A stretch of DNA of 61,691 nucleotides, taken from the NCBI GenBank assembly GCA_964587045.1, contig CAZPJY010000001.1, forward strand, positions 62,001-123,691. Reading direction: 5' to 3'. Origin of the DNA: an uncultured Methanosarcinales archaeon. GTDB taxonomy: Archaea > Nanobdellota > Nanobdellia > Woesearchaeales > CAZPJY01. This document shows, one piece after another, positions 58,007 through 61,691 of the stretch (the stretch's first letter is position 1; each line of letters opens with the position of its first letter). A program made the translations under genes and the position numbers. The notes under the pieces are model-generated. The model had not been told where the DNA came from. It saw only the letters and a program-made list of their open reading frames with translations, and ran no database searches.

Positions 58007-58057
58007 TTTTCCTGGTATTGCCAAACTTTTAATATATCCAAGATATAATCTTCTTGT

Positions 58058-58246
58058 ATGAAATGCTCCCTATGCGGCAAACCAATTGAGAACTTCGCTC
58101 CCGAGTTCAACCAGTTGAGGATAAATGATACCCGCTTGGTGAACATCTGCCAAAATTGTATCGACAAGTTCCTCAAATGGCAACAAGGAATCTTTTCTAA
58201 ACTCTTCCCGACAGCTTACATGAAGAAGAGGCAGCATGGCAAGTGA
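58058..58246 (+). CDS. Small Zn-finger protein
   Basis: CSLCGK...ICQNC; TATA-like run upstream. Confidence 0.6.
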   Translation: MKCSLCGKPIENFAPEFNQLRINDTRLVNICQNCIDKFLKWQQGIFSKLFPTAYMKKRQHGK

Positions 58247-58271
58247 ATGCAATTATAGCGTAAATTTTCTT

Positions 58272-58297
58272 ATGCAAAGCACTTTGTATCGCAAAGT
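58272..58297. promoter_or_regulatory. Palindromic operator next to a TATA box
   Basis: ACTTTG-N5-CAAAGT (58281-58297) overlapping ATGCAAAG-ca-CTTTGTAT; TTTATATA follows immediately. Confidence 0.6.
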
Positions 58298-58326
58298 TTA
58301 TATATTTGTTATACTCTACTGTCTCC

Positions 58327-58905
58327 ATGGACAAACCAATGCTCTCCGCACGACAGCTCGAAAAGAACATCTACCTTGGATATCACTCTGATGGCATAAT
58401 CGACATATGCCTCGGGCTCACCATGTTGCTCTTCGGCCTATCGATATACGCATGGATCCATATCCTTTACTTCATACCACTCATCGTGCTAGGGTTCGCA
58501 TACGTGGCCAAAGAACAGATCACTAAACCGAGGTTCGGCATGGTGAAGTTCTCGGATGCGAGGGCACAAAGCGACAAGAACAAGAGGATAATCTCCATAA
58601 TAATAGGGATAGTAGTCCTTTGCATCGTGCTGTTAGGCATGGTATTGAAGGTCTCCCTATCCTTCCCACTGCTTCCCATAACCCTGATATTCATGGCACT
58701 CATATTCACAGCTGGCTTCACCTTCAGTTTGGAGAGGCTCTACACCTATGCCTTCATTGTTTTCCTGCTTTCATGGATTCTCAGCTTAACGAATGTGGAG
58801 CAAGAGCTGCACTTCGTGATCGTCGGAATGATGGTGATAATATTAGGAGCGATGCAATTATTCAAATTCATGAGGAGGTATCATCTGCACAATGGTAAGG
58901 ATTGA
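58327..58905 (+). CDS. Integral membrane protein
   Basis: DG..DI..G, IT.PR.G.VKF, about 6 TM helices; paired with an HTH regulator. Confidence 0.7.
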   Translation: MDKPMLSARQLEKNIYLGYHSDGIIDICLGLTMLLFGLSIYAWIHILYFIPLIVLGFAYVAKEQITKPRFGMVKFSDARAQSDKNKRIISIIIGIVVLCIVLLGMVLKVSLSFPLLPITLIFMALIFTAGFTFSLERLYTYAFIVFLLSWILSLTNVEQELHFVIVGMMVIILGAMQLFKFMRRYHLHNGKD

Positions 58906-59236
58906 AGATATAGACAGGGTAGTGCACGAGCCGGCTAGGTATCTTATACTCTCAATATTGTCTGTCATTAATAGCGCAGACATGATATTTCTGAAGAATC
59001 AGACAGGCTTCACGTGGGGAAACCTCGCATCCCACCTGGGTAAGCTTGAGGATGCCGGCTACGTGGCGATAAAGAAAGAATTCGTCGGCAAGAAACCTCA
59101 CACAACGGTCATGATGACCCCTGCTGGCAGGAAGGCTTTTATTGGGTATTACCAATGTATGCAGGACCTCCTCGACAAGGCAAGTATGCCAGCAAAGAAA
59201 ATCAGTCTGGCCAAGACACACTCCGGATTGGATTAA
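58892..59236 (+). CDS. Winged-helix transcriptional regulator (HTH_34-like)
   Basis: DRVVHEPAR..I...L...TWGNLASHL.KLEDAGYV...KEF..KKP.T....T..GR.AF..Y. Confidence 0.88.
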   Translation: MVRIEDIDRVVHEPARYLILSILSVINSADMIFLKNQTGFTWGNLASHLGKLEDAGYVAIKKEFVGKKPHTTVMMTPAGRKAFIGYYQCMQDLLDKASMPAKKISLAKTHSGLD

Positions 59237-59859
59237 CAATATTCGGATGAGAGCTGATCTAAGAATTTCTTCATGATAACGAGCCTCTCCTCCGCAAGCT
59301 TCTTCCCTTCAGGAGTCAGCATTCTGTTGCCAAGCTCGATCATGTGCTTGATGTTTCCGTATATGCTCTCATCCACACTGTCGTTGACAGATTTGAAATA
59401 AGGTACGCCCTGATTGAGGGAAAATGACACCATGCGTATTATGCCTACTGCGCCTAGCGAATCTAACCGGTCGGCATCGCACAGTATCTTTGCTTCATAT
59501 GTCAGTTCGGAATCAGGATTGGGCGGCTGCGAAAAGCCCCTGTTGTGGTTGGCAATGCAAAATGCGGTCTGTTCGACTGTCTCCTCAGGGAAGCCATATT
59601 CCGGCATTATTTCTTGGGCTCTTCTCGCGCTGTTAAGGTGATGCTCTTTTGGGTTGTCGAAAGATATGTCATGCAGTAGGCACGAAGCCACGAGGACATC
59701 GTAGTTGAGACCCTCCCTTGACCCAGCCAGGATCATCGCGTTGCTAAGTACCCTTGTCACATGGTCGTAATCATGCCCTGACCTCTCATTTGAGGTCCCA
59801 TTCCTCACCAATTCTGTCAGGTCGTCCCACCTGAAACTTGCACTGACTTTTTCATACAT
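59233..59859 (-). CDS. HD-domain phosphohydrolase
   Basis: GHDYDHVTRV, LLHDI, H, DADRLDSLGA.GI.R. Confidence 0.9.
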   Translation of the reverse strand: MYEKVSASFRWDDLTELVRNGTSNERSGHDYDHVTRVLSNAMILAGSREGLNYDVLVASCLLHDISFDNPKEHHLNSARRAQEIMPEYGFPEETVEQTAFCIANHNRGFSQPPNPDSELTYEAKILCDADRLDSLGAVGIIRMVSFSLNQGVPYFKSVNDSVDESIYGNIKHMIELGNRMLTPEGKKLAEERLVIMKKFLDQLSSEYC

Positions 59860-59973
59860 GCTGAATGGTGATACTTGGCAATATATAAATTATTGTCAAG
59901 AGGTGGGCCTGAGGAAAGTTTTCCAGACAGGTTCAAGATAAGGTTTAAATCATGTTACGAAATTCCAATATGT

Positions 59974-60522
59974 ATGAATCACAGATTTCGAGGGCATATC
60001 TCCATGCTGGAGTCAGAGAACAGAAAGAGATTGCTGCCTGCTGAGGAGATACTGGCGACCATCGGTATTAAGGAAGGTGATACCCTGATTGATTTCGGAT
60101 GCGGAATCGGCTATTTCAGCATACCTGCAGCGAAGCTTGTCGGCGAACAGGGCAAAGTAATAGCCATTGACATCTCTGATGAAATGATTAGCGAGTTGGA
60201 AAAAAGATCTGAAGGATTTAGGAATTTGGATATAGTGAAATCTGATGACATATCAGGTTTTAAAGGGGACATAATATTGCTGGTCACTGTCCTGCATGAG
60301 GTTGATAATGCAAAGAAGTTCATTGAAAGGTGTTTTGACGCGCTTAATCCACAGGGACGGATAATAATCATAGATTGGCAGAAGAAAGAGACAACGATGG
60401 GCCCTCCCATATCCCATAGGATATCCAAGGATGAAGTCATCGCGATGGCTCATTCGAAATGCATCGAGCATAATATCGATGACACCTTCTATTTCCTTGA
60501 ATTTAGGAAGATAACTATATAA
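59974..60522 (+). CDS. Class I SAM-dependent methyltransferase
   Basis: IDFGCGIGYF, AIDIS..M, VLHEV, L.P.G...IIDW, GPP..HR. Confidence 0.88.
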   Translation: MNHRFRGHISMLESENRKRLLPAEEILATIGIKEGDTLIDFGCGIGYFSIPAAKLVGEQGKVIAIDISDEMISELEKRSEGFRNLDIVKSDDISGFKGDIILLVTVLHEVDNAKKFIERCFDALNPQGRIIIIDWQKKETTMGPPISHRISKDEVIAMAHSKCIEHNIDDTFYFLEFRKITI

Positions 60523-60546
60523 ACCCATTACCGAATTAATTGATTC

Positions 60547-61691
60547 ATGTTTCACCTGCACAGGAGGCAGAGCAGGCTCCCGACCTTGGAGCTGGTGAGG
60601 GTAGGGTTCCTTCTGTGCATCGGCAACGCCGCGATTGTAACTGTCTGGTCGCTCTTCATGGACAGCCTAGGGATGTCCGCCTCTGCGATAGGCTTTCTCT
60701 CATCGATGCTCGTGGCGATCGGGGTGGCTGTCTCGCTAACCGCATCATACATCCTCGAGCGTTGGAGCCTCGGCGGCATAGTGGTCACCTCGCTCCTGCT
60801 GTCGGCAGGATCCTATATCTTCATCGCACTGACAAGGAGCATCACCCTGTTCATCGCCCTGTCAGTGATAGTTACAGTGATGTCTGTAATGCGCGTGACC
60901 TCCTTTAGCATAGCTTTCCGCGACTCGACTGATGACGCCTCGCTGAACAAGGCCGAAGGCATACTCTTCGTCTTCTACAACGCCGGCTTCCTGGTGGGCC
61001 CGCTCATAGCCGGGTTCTTCATGGTCAGGTGGGGTCTGCCTGCTGTCCTCGTCGTTGGCGCAGGTTTCATAACGCTCAGCGCAGCGATATTTATGATGCT
61101 GCACATACCGGAAAAGCCTGTAAAAGTTCAGCGCACTCCAATCATGTCGAATATCAAAGCTTACTTTAAAGACAGGCAGATGTACCTGCCTTACCTGATG
61201 GCAGCAGGCATTGCTGCTTGGTGGTCTCTCATTTACGTCTACGTTCCTCTAATAATGGTGCATCACGGCCTGGGAGACTTCTCAGTGGGGATATTCCTCT
61301 CACTCGTGATCGTCCCGCTCCTGCTCGTCGAGTTCGTGGTCGGCAAACTTTCTGCCAAGATCGGTTTCCGGAAGTTCTTCATCGCAGGATATGTGGGGCT
61401 TGCTCTACTCGCACTGGCCGCTTTCTTCATATCGAATATCTATGCAGTCGTTGCGTGCATGGTTATCGCGAGCTTCTTTGCAGGATGCGTGGAGCCGTTG
61501 CAGGACACCTATTTCTTTAGGAAGGTGAAGAAGGATGATGAGAAGAGGTACTACCCGCTGTTCAGCACGTCTGCGAGCGCGGGAAGCTTCGTCGGAAAAC
61601 TGGTCGTGGCCGGGTTTCTATTACTGCTTCCGGAAGGCTATGCGTTCATAGTGACCGCAGGGCTCATGATGCTGTTCGCCGCTGCGAGCTT
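60547..61691 (+). CDS. MFS transporter; 3' partial (absent from the ORF track because no stop falls in the window)
   Basis: Open frame from ATG 60547 to the window end with many TM helices; G.LVGPLIAG and GKLSAKIG.RK loop motifs. Confidence 0.8.
   Translation, partial: MFHLHRRQSRLPTLELVRVGFLLCIGNAAIVTVWSLFMDSLGMSASAIGFLSSMLVAIGVAVSLTASYILERWSLGGIVVTSLLLSAGSYIFIALTRSITLFIALSVIVTVMSVMRVTSFSIAFRDSTDDASLNKAEGILFVFYNAGFLVGPLIAGFFMVRWGLPAVLVVGAGFITLSAAIFMMLHIPEKPVKVQRTPIMSNIKAYFKDRQMYLPYLMAAGIAAWWSLIYVYVPLIMVHHGLGDFSVGIFLSLVIVPLLLVEFVVGKLSAKIGFRKFFIAGYVGLALLALAAFFISNIYAVVACMVIASFFAGCVEPLQDTYFFRKVKKDDEKRYYPLFSTSASAGSFVGKLVVAGFLLLLPEGYAFIVTAGLMMLFAAAS

Noticed and set aside
59233..59859. HD-GYP phosphodiesterase partner for the GGDEF protein
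   Set aside because: No GYP motif; it looks like a generic HD hydrolase.

Overview
Archaeal genomic window, probably from a DPANN/Woesearchaeota-like lineage. Archaeal RadA, RadB, RPA, PCNA, aMBF1, uS2, RNase J and a BHB-intron tRNA support the archaeal call; the finer lineage is an inference from gyrA and the dense class III signal-peptide genes. The first 20.7 kb is one co-oriented surface-appendage locus. It holds two giant Ig-like/Ca-binding surface proteins and about 18 type IV pilin-like (class III signal peptide) units, including two unannotated 36 and 51 aa micro-pilins and four small pilins with a beta-defensin-like six-cysteine pattern. It also has two paralogs with long Gly/Ala hydrophobic segments and, at the distal end, three mechanistically different peptidoglycan hydrolases: Amidase_3 and M23 domains fused to pilin-like N-termini, plus a secreted GH73-like glycosidase. 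I read this as a candidate pilus-displayed system for breaching bacterial cell walls in an archaeon. The rest of the window has housekeeping genes, two more pilin-like genes, a GT-C/GT2/deacetylase glycosylation cluster, an apparently intact GGDEF diguanylate cyclase, a degenerate ABC1 kinase and a tRNA-Leu(CAA) whose intron carries an antisense copy of its own anticodon loop. There are two assembly gaps (17467-17476, 48468-48567). All assignments come from motif reading by eye; no searches were run.
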